Of a stretch of 64,000 nt of DNA, positions 12,256 through 25,271 are shown piece after piece. A program made the translations under genes and the position numbers. Each line of letters begins with the position of its first letter. Position 1 is the stretch's first letter. The stretch is from contig NW_026515671.1 in the NCBI RefSeq assembly GCF_025526975.1, forward strand, positions 1,488,001-1,552,000, written 5' to 3'. The notes below the pieces were generated by a model, which ran no database searches, was not told the origin of the DNA, and saw only the letters and a list, made by a program, of their open reading frames with translations. Source of the DNA: Fimicolochytrium jonesii. Taxonomy: Eukaryota.

Positions 12256-12465
12256 CTTGCAAGGCTTCTCCAAGATGCCGTGACAGACGGGCCTTGAAAT
12301 CGAAATTTGCCAATGCGCGTTGGGTCGACGGGAACGCGAGAGGCGAGAACTTTCCCCTGAACTTGCCCAGAAACTTTATTTTTGACGGAATCCCTACTGC
12401 GTAAAAGTTCTCACAGATCAGCGGTCCTTCAAGCCGGTTTTGAATGAGCCTGCCCCTATCAGGCA

Positions 12466-15400
12466 ATGGCCACCAGGTATTACAGCTGCAGCTTGCAACC
12501 ATTCCTCGCAGCGATCGTCTGAACACTTGACTGTACGTCTCCATGATAGGCTTGAACGACTGGTCTCCTTGCTAGATACCGGCTCGACGGCTATCGTCCG
12601 TACAACAGCTGCCCAACAGATAGGGGAGATCCAGAAACAACAACCCGATCAGCTCTACAACCTTTTGGGCCGAGTCATTGTACACCTTCGAAGTTCAGAG
12701 TGGGCAACGCGTATAGCTGCAGGGAATGCCATCGAAGCAATCGCAGGGAATGTCCCCCGCTGGGAACCGCCCGTGCCGGTTCCAGGCGAGGTGGGCGCTA
12801 CCAGTCATGCTGAGGATAGTGCGGACGACTGGATGTTGACCTTCGACACCTTCGACATCGGGAACGTCGTGAACAACGGGGCACCCCTGCTCTCTAGCGC
12901 AGGAAAGGAGTTCGACGTCGACTTTGGCGGTCTGGATCCCAAAGAGCGAATAGCATTGCAGAAGAAGGAATTGAAGAATCGTCTTGGACTCGGAAGTGAT
13001 CATTTGAAAGATCTATTGGATGATGACGATGTGGTTGCCTCGAAGACATCACTTCAGAACCCTGTTGCGAAGCAATCTGCTCAGCAGCTTCTGAAGTCCC
13101 GACAAATGAGTGTGACTGAGGACGATCCGAGTATGGCTGGACTGAGCGCTCGTCAGAGAGCAAGCATGAAGCGCAAGATGAGGATGGGAAAAGACAAACC
13201 AGCCAAAGTGCAGATCGTCGAGGTATCAGCGACCAAACACCGAAGCTCCATTTCAACAACTGGCGCTGGTCCTAGCGAGAGAGTAGCGGTACCGCTGTCG
13301 ATCAAAACCGAAAACGATGAGCCGTTTGCCATCACGGAAGGTTCTCTTCGGCTTTCCCCCACCATCGAGGAACCGCCAAACGACTCACAAGTCGTTGTGC
13401 AGAAAAAGGCGGGCTCGGTATACAAGTATGGAATTCAGGAGTCGGGGGATGAATGGCCGTTTGAAGGCTTCTGCGAGCAGCTGTGTCTAGATTTGTTCTC
13501 TCCGAAGTGGGAAATTCGTCACGGTGCGGCTGTAGGTTTGCGAGCCGTTCTCAAACCTCACGGCGCAGGGTCTGGGAAAGTTCTTGGTCAACCGAAAGAC
13601 ATCAACGCATCGCGGCATCGAGCTTGGCTGGAGGATGTCTCAATTCGGCTGCTTTGCGTGCTGGCGCTGGATCGCTTCGGCGACTATGGGAGTGATCAAG
13701 CAGTCGCCCCAGTCCGCGAGACAGCAGCTCAAACGTTGGGGGTTGTGATGCAATGGAGTGATCCATCTTTGTGCATGCGCCTTGTGAACGAAGGCCTGCT
13801 GAAGCTCTTCGAAGTCAGCAAAGAGAGTTCACAGGAAATGGGCGTTGGAGGCGGTCGAGAAAAGGGATGGCAAGTGAGGCATGGCGCATTGGTCGGGCTC
13901 AAGTACTGGATGGCTGTCAGAACGGATCTTTTGGAGAACATATTGCGATCCGATGGCAAGGCTGGGCGTACACCGGCGTTCAAAGCTCTGATTGAGGCTC
14001 TCCAGGATCATGACGATGATGTTCGGGCGGTGTCCTCATCTGCGCTGCTTCCAATATGCGATGCATTAATCGCTATCCTCCCGGTCGAAGTCATCTTCGA
14101 CTCCATCGTCAAGACGTTGTGGAACTGCCTCGAAGAGTTGGACGATTTAACCTCGGCCACCGGTTCGGTTATGGATCTCTTGTCACAGCTCATGATGAAC
14201 CCCGATGTCATGGAGAACATGCGACGCGATGCCCGAACATCCCTGAGCTCTCTGATTCCCCGTTTGTATCCTTTCTTTCGACATGCGATCGTGGGCGTAC
14301 GGCAAGCCGTTCTCCGTACAGTCAGCACCTTTGTTAAGATTAGCCATCGGGCAGCCGATGTGAGCTGGATAACAGTGGAACTGTTGCGTTCGGTCTTCCA
14401 GAACTTCGTCATCGAGGAGCGCGAAGACATCGTGCAGGACACACTCCAGCTCTGGAAGCAACTCATGAGGCTGATGGAGCCCTCCGCGCAGGATTTGGCA
14501 AAGATTGTTCTTCCCGTTCTGTCCGCATGGTTCAGCTTGGTTATGACGCCGGTGGGCTCTCCGCTAGACCTTCGGTTTCTTTATTCTCCTGTTGCGACGC
14601 ACATCACGGATGGCAATAAACGAAACCGGCCGGTTCACATAGATGGATTCAACGTGTCTCCTCACGATAAAGCAATGGCTTTGCAGGATTTGACCGTAGT
14701 ATCTCGCACCGACGTCATCAGGGGCAGATTAGCGGGTGCATCAGCCATCGGCATTTTGATATATACGCTTCTCGGGTCGGCAACTTCTGATACTGAAGCT
14801 CGCATCAAGGAACTGATAACGGCGTATTTGAACAGTTCATGGGCTGGTCATCGAGTTTTCTGCAATGTCATGCTGGATGAATGGTCAGTGTATTGGGAGG
14901 AGCAGCATGCGATGCAGGTTGACGGCGGAAACGCGGCGGCGCCGTCCTTTGCGGACAGTCTAGCTGTGGCAAACACCTTGTGGGAGAGTATGGTGACTTC
15001 GTTGACGCAAGCAGATGCGGGAACAGCGCTTTTGTACACCGAGCTGGTTGCGCCACTTCAGAAAGTCCGTTCAGAATGTCACGCACTCCTCAACCTCATC
15101 GGAGACTCCGGGCCTACCGCCCCTCCGCCCCCACTACCTGAGCTGCCTTCACATCAAGGACAGCGCCCAACAACACCTCTCGGAGATACCTTCACCGTTC
15201 AAATCGCAGAATATGTGGTTAACCAGCTTGTGCCGCATCTCACACCTACGAAATGCCCAGCGAAGACTCGAATCAGCATTGAAGATCGGACCAAGCGAGT
15301 AGCGTCGGTAATAGAGTCATTTAAGGAGACAATGAGGAGACTCGACATTCAAGTTACATCCAGCATGTCCGCTGCCGTAGTCTGCTTTGGACGGTTACCA

Positions 15401-18400
15401 GCTAAAGCCAATCCTGTTATCCGAGCCTTGATGTCGAGTGTCAAGGAGGAGGTTAACAAGGACATTCAAGTCCGCACGGCTCATAAAGTGGCTCGGTACA
15501 TACACTTGGCTATTCGGCTGAACAAACCGCCGGCGGTGACCGATAAGGTGTTGAAGAACCTGAAGACGTCGTTGTGCAATGACCCTTACATCCCTGATGG
15601 CGACGAAGTGAGGTTGCAAACGGACGGCATTCTCACTCTGTTGGAGGTAAATACGTCGACAGATGAGGGTAAAAAAGGGGCAGCACCAGCTTCGACGAAA
15701 AAAGGGGCCGGAAGGGGCGCGCGGAAAAGTATTAATCCAGCGCTGGACACCTCTGTTACCGACGTCATAAGCGGTGCGGACGCAGCATCGGCCGCCTCGG
15801 AAACACCGACCATGAAGAGAAAAGTGGAGTCGCGCGGGGCGGACGCCGCGTTCAAGGGGATGTGCGATCTGTTTGGGACCAGAGTCTTCGATATGTTGCC
15901 GCGGCTGTGGGCAATAGTGTCCGATGACTTGCTGCCTTTTTCGACCCCGGCACCGGCCTCCTGTTCCCTCCAAAGATTAGCTGATGACCAGGATTTCGCG
16001 ATGAGCACTGTGCAGTCGTTATACCTCCTTGAAAGGCTTGCTGTGCATCTCCACCAGGATTTGCACCCGAAGCTCATTCCGCTGTTGACTGGTGTAGCGA
16101 TGTGTCTCCGATCCAATCGTGCCCTGGTGCGCCATTTGGCTGCTCGCTGCATGGCTTCACTCTGCAAGAATCTCACTGTTCCCGCTATGCACGTAGTTGT
16201 TGAGCAAGTGATTCCCCTGCTAGGTGACGCTAACAATGCGCACTTTCGTCAAGGCGCCGCGGAATGTGTGGATCAGATTGTTCGCAGCATGGACCACGGC
16301 ATTCTGCCCTACATTATCTTCCTGATCATTCCTGTGCTTGCCCGGATGTCGGATCCCGACGAAGAAGTTCGGTTCGTGTCCACGAACGTCTTTGCCCAGC
16401 TTGTCAAGCTGGTGCCTCTCGAGAGTGGTGTTCCGGACCCGGAAGGGTTCAACGAGGAGATGATCAAGCATAAGATCGAAGAGCGGAAGTTCATCGGGCA
16501 GCTGGTCGGGACTGAGAAGGTTGAGGAGATGAACCTGAATGTCCCCATCAAGGCGGAACTGAGATCATATCAGAAGGAGGGAGTCAGTTGGTTGGCGTTC
16601 CTGAATCGCTATGGATTGCACGGGATTCTTTGTGACGGTAGGCTCGAACGTGTCTTTGGAGTAACTTGTCTCATCCATCTTGCAGCTGCTGACACTGATT
16701 CGTAATAGATATGGGTCTCGGAAAGACGCTTCAGTCTATATGTATTCTCGCCTCGGATCACCATACTCGTGTTGAGCGATTCAAGCAAACCGGATCACCT
16801 GATTCCGCTCACTCGCCATCTCTGATCGTATGCCCACCGACCTTGACGGGTCATTGGTACCATGAAATTCTCACTTTCGCAGATTTCATGAGACCTGTCA
16901 TCTATACAGGCACTGCTATGGACAGAGCAGACTTACGGCGCCGGTTGCACACCTACGACGTGGTGATCATGTCTTACGACATTCTCCGGAACGACATCGC
17001 CGAGCTGAAACTTGTGCATTTCAACTACTGCATCCTCGATGAAGGGCACATCATCAAAAATCCCAAGACGAAGATCACGCAGGCGGCCAAAAGCGTTCAG
17101 GCGATGCACCGAGTCATTCTTTCTGGCACCCCCATTCAGAATAATGTCTTGGAGCTGTGGTCCTTGTTTGATTTCCTTATGCCGGGCTTCCTCGGCACAG
17201 AACGCCACTTCAATGAGCGATTTGGCAAGCCCATTCAGGCGTCTCGGGACGCTAGGAGTTCATCTCGTGAACAAGAGCAAGGCGCATTGGCGATGGAGGC
17301 GCTCCATAAACAAGTTCTGCCGTTCCTTCTGCGACGCATGAAAGAGGATGTCTTGCATGATCTGCCACCGAAGATCATTCAGGACTACTACTGCGAGCTT
17401 AGCGACTTGCAGAAGACCCTGTATGAGGATTTTGCAAAAAGTCAAGCCAAGGAAGGCGCGGAGGCAATTCTGCACGACGACGGTTCGGAGCCGAATGTGA
17501 AGAAGGAAAAGAAGACTGGCCATGTGTTCCAAGCTTTGCAGTACCTTCGAAAACTAGTGAACCACCCGGCCTTGGTTGTGAACGAGAGTCATCCGCAGTA
17601 TGGAAAGGTTCAAGCACACCTGGCCGCCACGAAAAGCAGCATAAGGGATCTTCAACACGCACCGAAGATACAGGCATTGGGGTAAGCTGAGAGGATTCGA
17701 CACGACACGATTTTGGAGATATATATATCTGACGCCTCATTTCTTATTTTTTGTTCAGGCAACTACTACAGGATTGTGGCATCGGGGCAGATGCACCGTC
17801 AACTGCAACTTCCAGTGCCAGCGCTGCTCTGACCCCTGTCGCAGCTCCACACAGGGCCCTCATCTTCGTTCAAGTTCGGTCGATGCTGGACATGATTGAG
17901 AACGACCTCCTCAAGAAGCACATGCCCAACGTGTCGTACCTTCGTATGGATGGACAGACCGATTCTTCGACCCGTCATTCTCTTGTGCGCAAGTTCAATG
18001 AAGACGCGTCCATCGATGTGTTGCTCTTGACAACGCATGTCGGAGGACTCGGGCTCACCCTGACCGGAGCTGACACCGTCATCTTTGTGGAGCATGATTG
18101 GAATCCGATGAAGGACCTCCAGGCTATGGATCGAGCGCATCGAATCGGGCAGAAGCGCGTCGTGAATGTTTACCGGTTGATTACGAAGGGAACATTAGAG
18201 GAGAAGATTATGGGGTATGTCATGGCACTTCAAATTCAAACGCAGCCGGATCCTTACTAACCTTCGCCGCATCATTTCTTCTTGTAGCTTGCAAAAGTTC
18301 AAGCTCAACATCGCCTCCTCCGTCATTAACCAGGAGAACGCCGGTTTGAAGTCCATGGACACCGAGCAGATCCTCGACCTGTTCTCTCTTTCTTCGGCCG

Positions 18401-18549
18401 ACGAGAATACGAAAGGCAAGAAGAAAATCGAAGGCCCAGCAGGACAGAAAGCAAGCGCGAAAGATGTCCTGGCAGGTCTGGGCGACTTGGCTGATCAAGC
18501 CCAGTACGATGATCTGGATATGAATGAGTTCCTGAAGGGTTTGAAGTGA
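12466..18549 (+). CDS. MOT1: TBP-associated SNF2-family ATPase Mot1/BTAF1
   Basis: MATR|LERLVSLLDTGST (intron 12477-12549), WEIRHGAA, LALDRFGDY, HGILCDDMGLGKTLQ, DEGH, SGTPIQN and HDWNPMKDLQAMDRAHRIGQ. Further introns near 16638-16708, 17682-17758 and 18215-18288. Confidence 0.97.
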
Positions 18550-18986
18550 GAAGTGGCGTGGAGGAGGCATCAACAGCTCTCGGCACCGGTAGCGGTGAGG
18601 CCCTTGTAATATTATATATGTTTTTTTTGTGTACATGTATTGGGTAGGATCTAGAGCTAAATAAGATATTCTGAAGCACTACGTGTCCGTCGGGGGATTT
18701 GAATAAAGTCTGACGCAGCGAACCTGTCCTGAGGTCTCTCTGGATGGGGAAGACTGTCGACGGCACGCCATCCCAGGAGCCTCCGAATTAATGGAGAAGG
18801 ACAAAAAGGCGGGTATCCTCAGCGAAAGCTGAACTTGACCTTGGTCTAACATACCAAACTTAGCCTGGCGGGACCATATCATCTTTCAACCTCCATGGCT
18901 CTGAGTTATACCAAACGTCCTCCGACGGTAGGAGACCGCACTCTGTAAGTGCTACTCCAAAAAGGTCTCCAAACCCGATCAACCCT

Positions 18987-19352
18987 TCACGAAAAGATGA
19001 TCAATCTGATGGCCATTAATACGCAACACAGCGAAACGTATGGGCTCAATCGTTCCCCTGCAAGAGTATGGCGGTCAGAGGGGGAAATGAATAGATCCAT
19101 GCTCCCCACATGAAAACTACATACCGATCCTCGCCGCCTTCCAGAATAATCCTAGCACACCTGTCTTATTCCGATCCAGTATTGATGGGAACTGTCCCCG
19201 TATATATGTGCACGTGCATATGATGAGTAGTATCACGAATAGCAAGGAAGGGAAGTTGAACAGGGCGGACTGCAGAGTCCTTTTGTTAGCTGCAATTCAA
19301 GACTTACCACATCCAAACCAAGATCGAACCGTTCGCTCCCAATACCTACCAT
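18987..19352 (-). CDS. KSH1: Protein kish (Ksh1/TMEM167), 72 aa, three exons
   Basis: Exons 19352-19350 (ATG), 19269-19125 and 19057-18987 splice to [72 protein letters not shown]. Confidence 0.93.
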
Positions 19353-19482
19353 ATTGTACTGCGCCAAGGCTTGAGGCTGTCGGTGGAGAGTATAGTGGGC
19401 TGGAATAGCAGTGGCAACGGGCAATGTCAAACGGAATTGAAACGGCGAACGACGACTGTCCTCCGAGCGCGCGTAGACATAG

Positions 19483-19516
19483 CTAACCCTAACTGAACCC
19501 TGAACTGAACCCTAAC
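19483..19516. repeat. Degenerate telomere-like (CCCTAA/CCCTGA) cluster
   Basis: ctaaccctaactgaaccctgaactgaaccctaac in the KSH1/nucleoporin divergent promoter. Confidence 0.65.
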
Positions 19517-19844
19517 GCCAGGCGATCGGACATGGTCATTTCCAACGTCTGCCAGCCCCTGCGAAAACACAGTTTGGGCGACCTGCCAGTTCACTCGACG
19601 GTCATCCGCAGGTCCCACGCCATCCGGTTCGACAGGCATACGGAGGAAGTGGTTTAGCGCTCAACAGTCTATCCTCTGCTGCTCACGACGGCTGCGACAC
19701 CGAATTACTGGGAGTTCAGCCACGCCTGGCCGGACTCTTTGGAGATCGAAGATCACCGTCTCTGATACAGAAGCTTTGAAGGCTTTAGCCGGTGTTCTTC
19801 GCATTCAAGTCGGTCGGCCCTTGCCATTATAGCTACGTCTCACT

Positions 19845-21674
19845 ATGTTCGGAGCGTGAGTCGCTTGGCCTATTACCCTTCTAGTCTCATTCAGCGGGCT
19901 GATCATAGCTTCATTCCAGAGCAAAACCAGGAGGGTTTTCCTTCGGCGCACCTGCAGCGGCAGCTCCGGGCGGCGGGAGTCTGTTCGGGGCGCCCGCAGG
20001 AGCAGCTCCGAATGCTAATCTGTTCGGCACACCAGTCGGCTCATCTGCGCCGGGGACCACGCCACTTTTTGGCTCACCCGCGGGTTCAAAACCGGCGGCT
20101 CCCTCCCTATTCGGCGCAACCCCAGCCAACGCCGCTGCCCCAACTCCCTCCCTTTTTGGCGCTCCAACCGCTAGTTCCGCTGCCCCTGCGCCCTCCCTAT
20201 TTGGCGCCCCCGCAGCTGCATCCGCCGCTCCCACTTCGAATCTGTTTGGAGCACCCGCCGCTACCACCTCAGCGCCCGGCGGGACGTCGTTATTTGGAGC
20301 GCCAAACCCAGCGGCAGGCGGTGGTCTGTTCGGCGCCGCGAAACCAGCAGCCACAGCTACCCCTGGACAACCTGCGTTTGGGGCGGCTGTTCAGCCTCGG
20401 CCACAGACACCGTAAGTTCGAGTTTCTTCAGAAGCTTCGGAACATTGCTGATCGATCTCCAATCTTGTAGAGCTGGCCCGGTCACACTCAAAACGAAATA
20501 TTCTGAGATACCGGAGGATATCAGGAAGCAGGTGGACGAAGTCGAGTAAGTGGGTCTTTGCCCTGCACTCTCGTCGGCGTACCATAATTGAAAAGCGTGC
20601 ATAGGAACTTCATACAACAGCAGATACGAACAGCCGAGTCTGTAGCAGTGAATACAACCTCCGATCTTGTAAATGAAATAACAGCAGAAGTGAAGCAACT
20701 GTCCCAAGTACGTAGTAGTACATGGTTGGAAAAGATGAGAGCTGCTGACTGAAGATGGACGCTCGAGCAGAAAGTGGCCGGCCTCAACAATATGCTAGAA
20801 CGGGATAAGTTCGCCATCGAACGACTTAGACAACAGGTCGGACGGGAGCTGCGGAGTAGTGATTTGGTGTCGCGATTCATCGAGCGGTACAGAAGCGGAT
20901 CTCATCACTCTACGGCACCACCAAAACACGACGCGTACATGAGCTACTTTTTGGACTTTGCGGATACCCTAGAGCAGCGAATGCAGCAATATAGACATAC
21001 GATCCAGGTTCGTCTTTGACCTTTCGCTTTGCTTATGTGACGATACTGACCATCATTGCAGGAGCTGGAAATGAGCATCAAAGCCCTGTCTCAAGAAAAG
21101 ACATATTCTCCAGCTGGTAAGAATTGTCTTCCAACACCGGTTTCCATCCGGGCAACCGCTCACTCGCATCGTTCGCTCTGTAGTGCTCGTGGAAATCATG
21201 CGGGATCAAGACGATAGTCTCCTTGCCGTAGCTTCAAAAATAGCGGCCGTTCATGACGCGATAAGTAGGCAAAAGGCGCTGTACCTCGAATACAGACAGA
21301 AGTACTTCGGAGTCAACGATGCTGGGCGATTTGAGAAGATAAACGGCACGCAAAATGATGGTATGAGTGCCTCTCGTGATCATTTTTTGAATGCGTACAT
21401 TCAACTCATGCCGAAACTCACTGTAGCTGATACAACGCCACTGGAACTGATTGCGTCCACCACCCTCCGGCCGTCAAATATGCAATCGCAGCTCGGTCAA
21501 TCTCAGCCATTCCAACAACACCAGCCACAAACACAAGCATTTGGACAACAGCAGCAACAGCAGCAACAGCTGCAACAGCCCAACGCTTTTGGCACGCCAG
21601 CTCTTGGCGCTGCCCCTGCTTTTGGATCTTCGCGAAGGCGGGCACCTACTGGTCTCTCCCTGTTTACGAAGTAA
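19845..21674 (+). CDS. FG nucleoporin, Nup49/Nup58-like, multi-exon
   Basis: ATG TTC GGA GC|gtgagt start, many SLFGAP/GLFGA repeats, TKYSEIP, coiled coil (YFLDFADTLEQRMQQYRHTIQ; VASKIAAVHD) and a Q-rich tail. Confidence 0.85.
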
Positions 21675-22049
21675 ATTAAGAACGATACCCCCAACCTCTG
21701 TACACACTCGCATGTAAATTGAAGGGCACGCCGCACCTAATTATCTCATTTCTCGACAACTTCGAATACACCGCGAGGTCGCATTGGGGAGAGCCCTTTA
21801 CTCACCTCTAAGCGATGAGTGTACAAAAGTAACGTGTGCGATGTAGTGGAGGCGATGTCTGGACGAACAACAGAAGTTTCCGAAAGTTCAGGAATGACAT
21901 ACGGGTATAAAGATGTATATATACATTTGCAATGCTTGAAGGAAGACAAGCGCGGAAAGACATCAACCCGTAAGAGGGGAACTGTATACTCTAGAGGAAG
22001 ACAATTGTGCACCGCTACAATGATGAAAGACTACGAAGGTCCGACATAC

Positions 22050-22748
22050 TCAGTTCTTAATGGGAACAAACTCGTTCTCGAGCCAAACCTCCCTAACAAT
22101 CGGGTTCTCCTCCACCTTCGCGATGACATCCAGCAATTTCGGAAGCTCCTCCGAAAAGCGCTCCTTGCTACCGTTTCTGATCCAGCAGCAGATCATCGCC
22201 ACATACACATCAAGAATCGTCAACCGGTCGCCAAGGATGTACGGCCCCTGAACACCGTCGTTAAGGATCCGGAGCGCAAAGTACATGCGGTCGTCGACTT
22301 TAGTCTGAAACGCATCCACCGCCTCCTCGCTCGAGTCGTCGGCCACCCAGCGTTTGGGAGTGTCGTTCATCACCATGACTGCATATATGTTCGTCGCGGC
22401 AAAGAACATCCACCTCGTGAACTCGGCGGCGCGTTTGGGGTCCTGGTCGATGAACGGCCTCAGCCCGAGCTTTTCGGTCTCGCGGCGGTGAGCTTCGGTG
22501 AGGTGGAGGAGGATGGCGGCGGATTCGGTGAGGACTGCGCCCTCTTTGGTGATGAAGGTCGGTATTTGCTTCAGCGGGTTGTGTTGAGCCAGACGCTTGA
22601 TGGACTCGTTTTCGACGTTGCCTTTCAATTCCTTGTAGTTGATGTCTACGACATCGTATTCCACTTGGAGCATCTTGAGTAGCACTTCGACGGAAATGCT
22701 ACCGCAGCCGGATGAGCGGAATAGGAGGTGCTTGGAGCCGGACGCCAT
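22050..22748 (-). CDS. Glutathione S-transferase
   Basis: NPLKQIPTF, LTESAAILLHL and GPYILGDRLTILDVYV. Intronless; TATA-like sequence near 22893. Confidence 0.92.
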   Translation of the reverse strand: MASGSKHLLFRSSGCGSISVEVLLKMLQVEYDVVDINYKELKGNVENESIKRLAQHNPLKQIPTFITKEGAVLTESAAILLHLTEAHRRETEKLGLRPFIDQDPKRAAEFTRWMFFAATNIYAVMVMNDTPKRWVADDSSEEAVDAFQTKVDDRMYFALRILNDGVQGPYILGDRLTILDVYVAMICCWIRNGSKERFSEELPKLLDVIAKVEENPIVREVWLENEFVPIKN

Positions 22749-23316
22749 CGTAAAACAGTCTACGGGTGGGAGATCGCGAAGATGGAGATGGTGTCAACTG
22801 CTACGATGAGCCTGCAGTGTTGCAAGTGTAGAAGTGGGTGTGCCAGCGGGGATGCGAGCCTTGCGGGGGGCTCCATGGCAAGGGGCTTGCGCTTTTATAC
22901 CCGATGGCCCCCTCCGGTGCTCCGCCTCTCCCTTCCGAACGAAAAAAAAAACCGTGGAAACGGTGAACAAGCAACAAAGGCTTTCTGGAGCGTGACGTGT
23001 GTCGCCACCCACAAATTGTCTTCATCTCACAAACAGCAACAACGCATTTGGACTTCGGACAGCTGTTTTCATTTCGGTATGTGATGTACTGTATGTATGG
23101 ACAAACGTTTTCAAAAAACAAAACGACAAATGCCACGCTTTAAGCGAACTATCAAAAAAACTATGTACATGGGATGTGAGAGCACTTCGGTAATGAGGTT
23201 CTTGAAGAAGAGGGATATGCAACCTTTGCGCGTGAAGGGCTTGGCGCGAGGTGATAACGGGATGGCAATGAATTGAAGGTACAGGTTTTGCAGGAGTTAC
23301 ATCGTTCAGAGGACTT

Positions 23317-23666
23317 TTAGGCGAAGGATAGGTGGACCATCATTTCTGCGGTTTGCCTGTGGAGGTGAGAAAGGGGTCAATATCTATGTGGAAACAAGAA
23401 GTCGATAGGAGGGTGGCGCGAATTTACCTGTTGTTGTTGTCCCCACGAAGAGATGCTGGAGCCGCAACGCGACGACGCATGCTGACGTTGTGAAGGCCAA
23501 ATGGGTTGGAGGACTCCTGCGGCTGGTTCAGCGATGGTGCTAGGAATCCCACGGTGCCGGGCTCCCGCTTGTTCTCGGTGGAGGCGTTGGTGCGGGTGGC
23601 GACGTACGCGGCTGCGAGACTGGTGACGCCTGCGGCGGCAGCGAGGATTTGGGTGGTGGGTGCCAT
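23317..23666 (-). CDS. Small hypothetical protein (about 93 aa) with N-terminal hydrophobic segment
   Basis: MAPTTQILAAAAGVTSLAAAYVATRT... One GT-AG intron after DNNN, second exon RQTAEMMVHLSFA*. Confidence 0.6.
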
Positions 23667-24851
23667 GACTTTCACTGTGGTTTTGGGTATTGACAGAGAG
23701 TGTTTCTTTGGGTATGTGTTGCGGGTTTGCACAGTAGGTTCAAGCGTTCGGCGATGCTTCTCTGCTGAGTGGTTGAGGAAATTGCGACGGACTGTGTTTG
23801 GGGGTGTTGAGCTTTTGTAGCGGGCGAGCTGGCTGTGTGGGCGAGTGAGGGTTCACGGGATACGCGCGCCAGATAAGACAAGAAGGGCGGCGTACAGGGT
23901 TCCCATGAATAGAAACGCCTAATCAAACAGGGCGTCCCTTGCAAACTGCGTTCCTAATCAATCTGCATGTGGCGATGGGACAGTGATATGGCTTCTTGGT
24001 GCGAGGGCCTCGGAGTCGGGGCCCTTGTGCCACCCACTCGCCTTTCACTTTCAGCTTGCCGCCCTGAGCTGAGCCAACAGAGATAAGGACGACGGAGGAA
24101 CGTTCAGCGAAGGTTAAAGAAATCGACGCCCGTTCTTATCAAAGTTGCGAGGAAGGGGATGGCTGACTGATTGATGAGGAGATGAGGGATGCGGGGTCCG
24201 TCGTCCCAATTGCGGCGCGTGACTTCACCGTCGCACCAGCCATACTCCGCACCTGTCATCCATTGCCCTTATCGCGCACTATTTGGCAATCGATGAGATG
24301 TCCGAAAGGATCTATTAAACTTGACACACTGTTGACGGCATTCATAACATACGCAACCTTATTCCAAAGAGAGCCCATCATGGAGCCGGAAGCCGAGGGT
24401 CCGTTCGTTTCCTATCCATGGTTCAGGTGCAGGGAAGTGGGCAGTTTAAGGTTATGCTTGAAACGTTCCGCAAAGCTTTTCGGTCCTCGGACGCTAGCGT
24501 AAGCTGGGAGACTTCCATTCTATATTCTCCAGGGGGTATGCATTTTTCGAAGACATTGAAACTTTTGTAGACAGATTTTCGATTTCATTCTGCGAGATTG
24601 CTGCACTGCTAGACACAAGCCTCTGTACAGTACATGTAGGCTGTCGCATCACGGGACTCAAGCAAATTTCCAGCACCCCCTACTCCCCATTAGATACTTG
24701 CAACAATGGAACTCGACTACGCCTCCCCGCAGGATCTACTAAAATTTGGCCACAGCCGTCTACCCCCACCTCCGACCGCCTCGACCGCCCTTAATCTCTC
24801 TTCAAGGCATTAAGGGAAATAGATAGGTATCCCGTCGGTGCGCATTCTCTT

Positions 24852-24875
24852 GGGAGGGAAGGGGTTAGGGTTAGG
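24852..24875 (+). repeat. G-tract / TTAGGG cluster
   Basis: gggagggaaggggttagggttagg has four G-tracts and two telomeric units. Confidence 0.65.
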
Positions 24876-24986
24876 AGTCAGAATCGCACGCGACTCGGAC
24901 GAGCGCGGGGCGGGTCGGCGGGTTTGCTGCGGGTCATGCATGTCACTTCGCAGCCCAGTTTCCCACCACACCCCAACCACCCCAAC

Positions 24987-25271
24987 ATGGACGGCGACGA
25001 AGAAGCAGCCGCTCATCTACCAGACTACTTGCAACAGACTGCAACTCGCCCTCGCGGAACAAGCAGCAACAGTCTCGGCGCACGCGTCAGCTGGGTCTGG
25101 AAATACTTCGTCCGAACGGAAGATCAGGTTATCTGCCAGGTCCAAACAGAACACGGAATATGTGGGAACTCTTACAAATATTTGGGGAGGCAGTCGGGGA
25201 CGAAAGGCTTGCAGAGGCACTTGACCGGAAAACATGGGCTCTCTGATGACAAGGTTGCTACTAGTAACAAG
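24987..25271 (+). CDS. BED-type zinc finger exon (possible first exon of the UXS1 gene)
   Basis: SWVWKYF..VICQV..ICGNSYKY..SGTKGLQRHLTGKH matches the BED pattern. Ends in phase-0 donor AAG|GTGCGC. Confidence 0.7.

Noticed and set aside
12440..12549. ORF-track N-terminus of MOT1 (MNEPAP...)
   Set aside because: Starts at TTG and reads through an intron. ATG 12466 plus splicing gives the conserved MATRLERL start.
21819..22682. 287-aa plus-strand ORF
   Set aside because: Antisense shadow of the GST gene.
24788..24816. 8-bp inverted repeat CCCTTAAT/ATTAAGGG as a hAT terminal repeat for the BED exon
   Set aside because: The arms are only 13 nt apart, and no matching distal end or 8-bp TSD was found.
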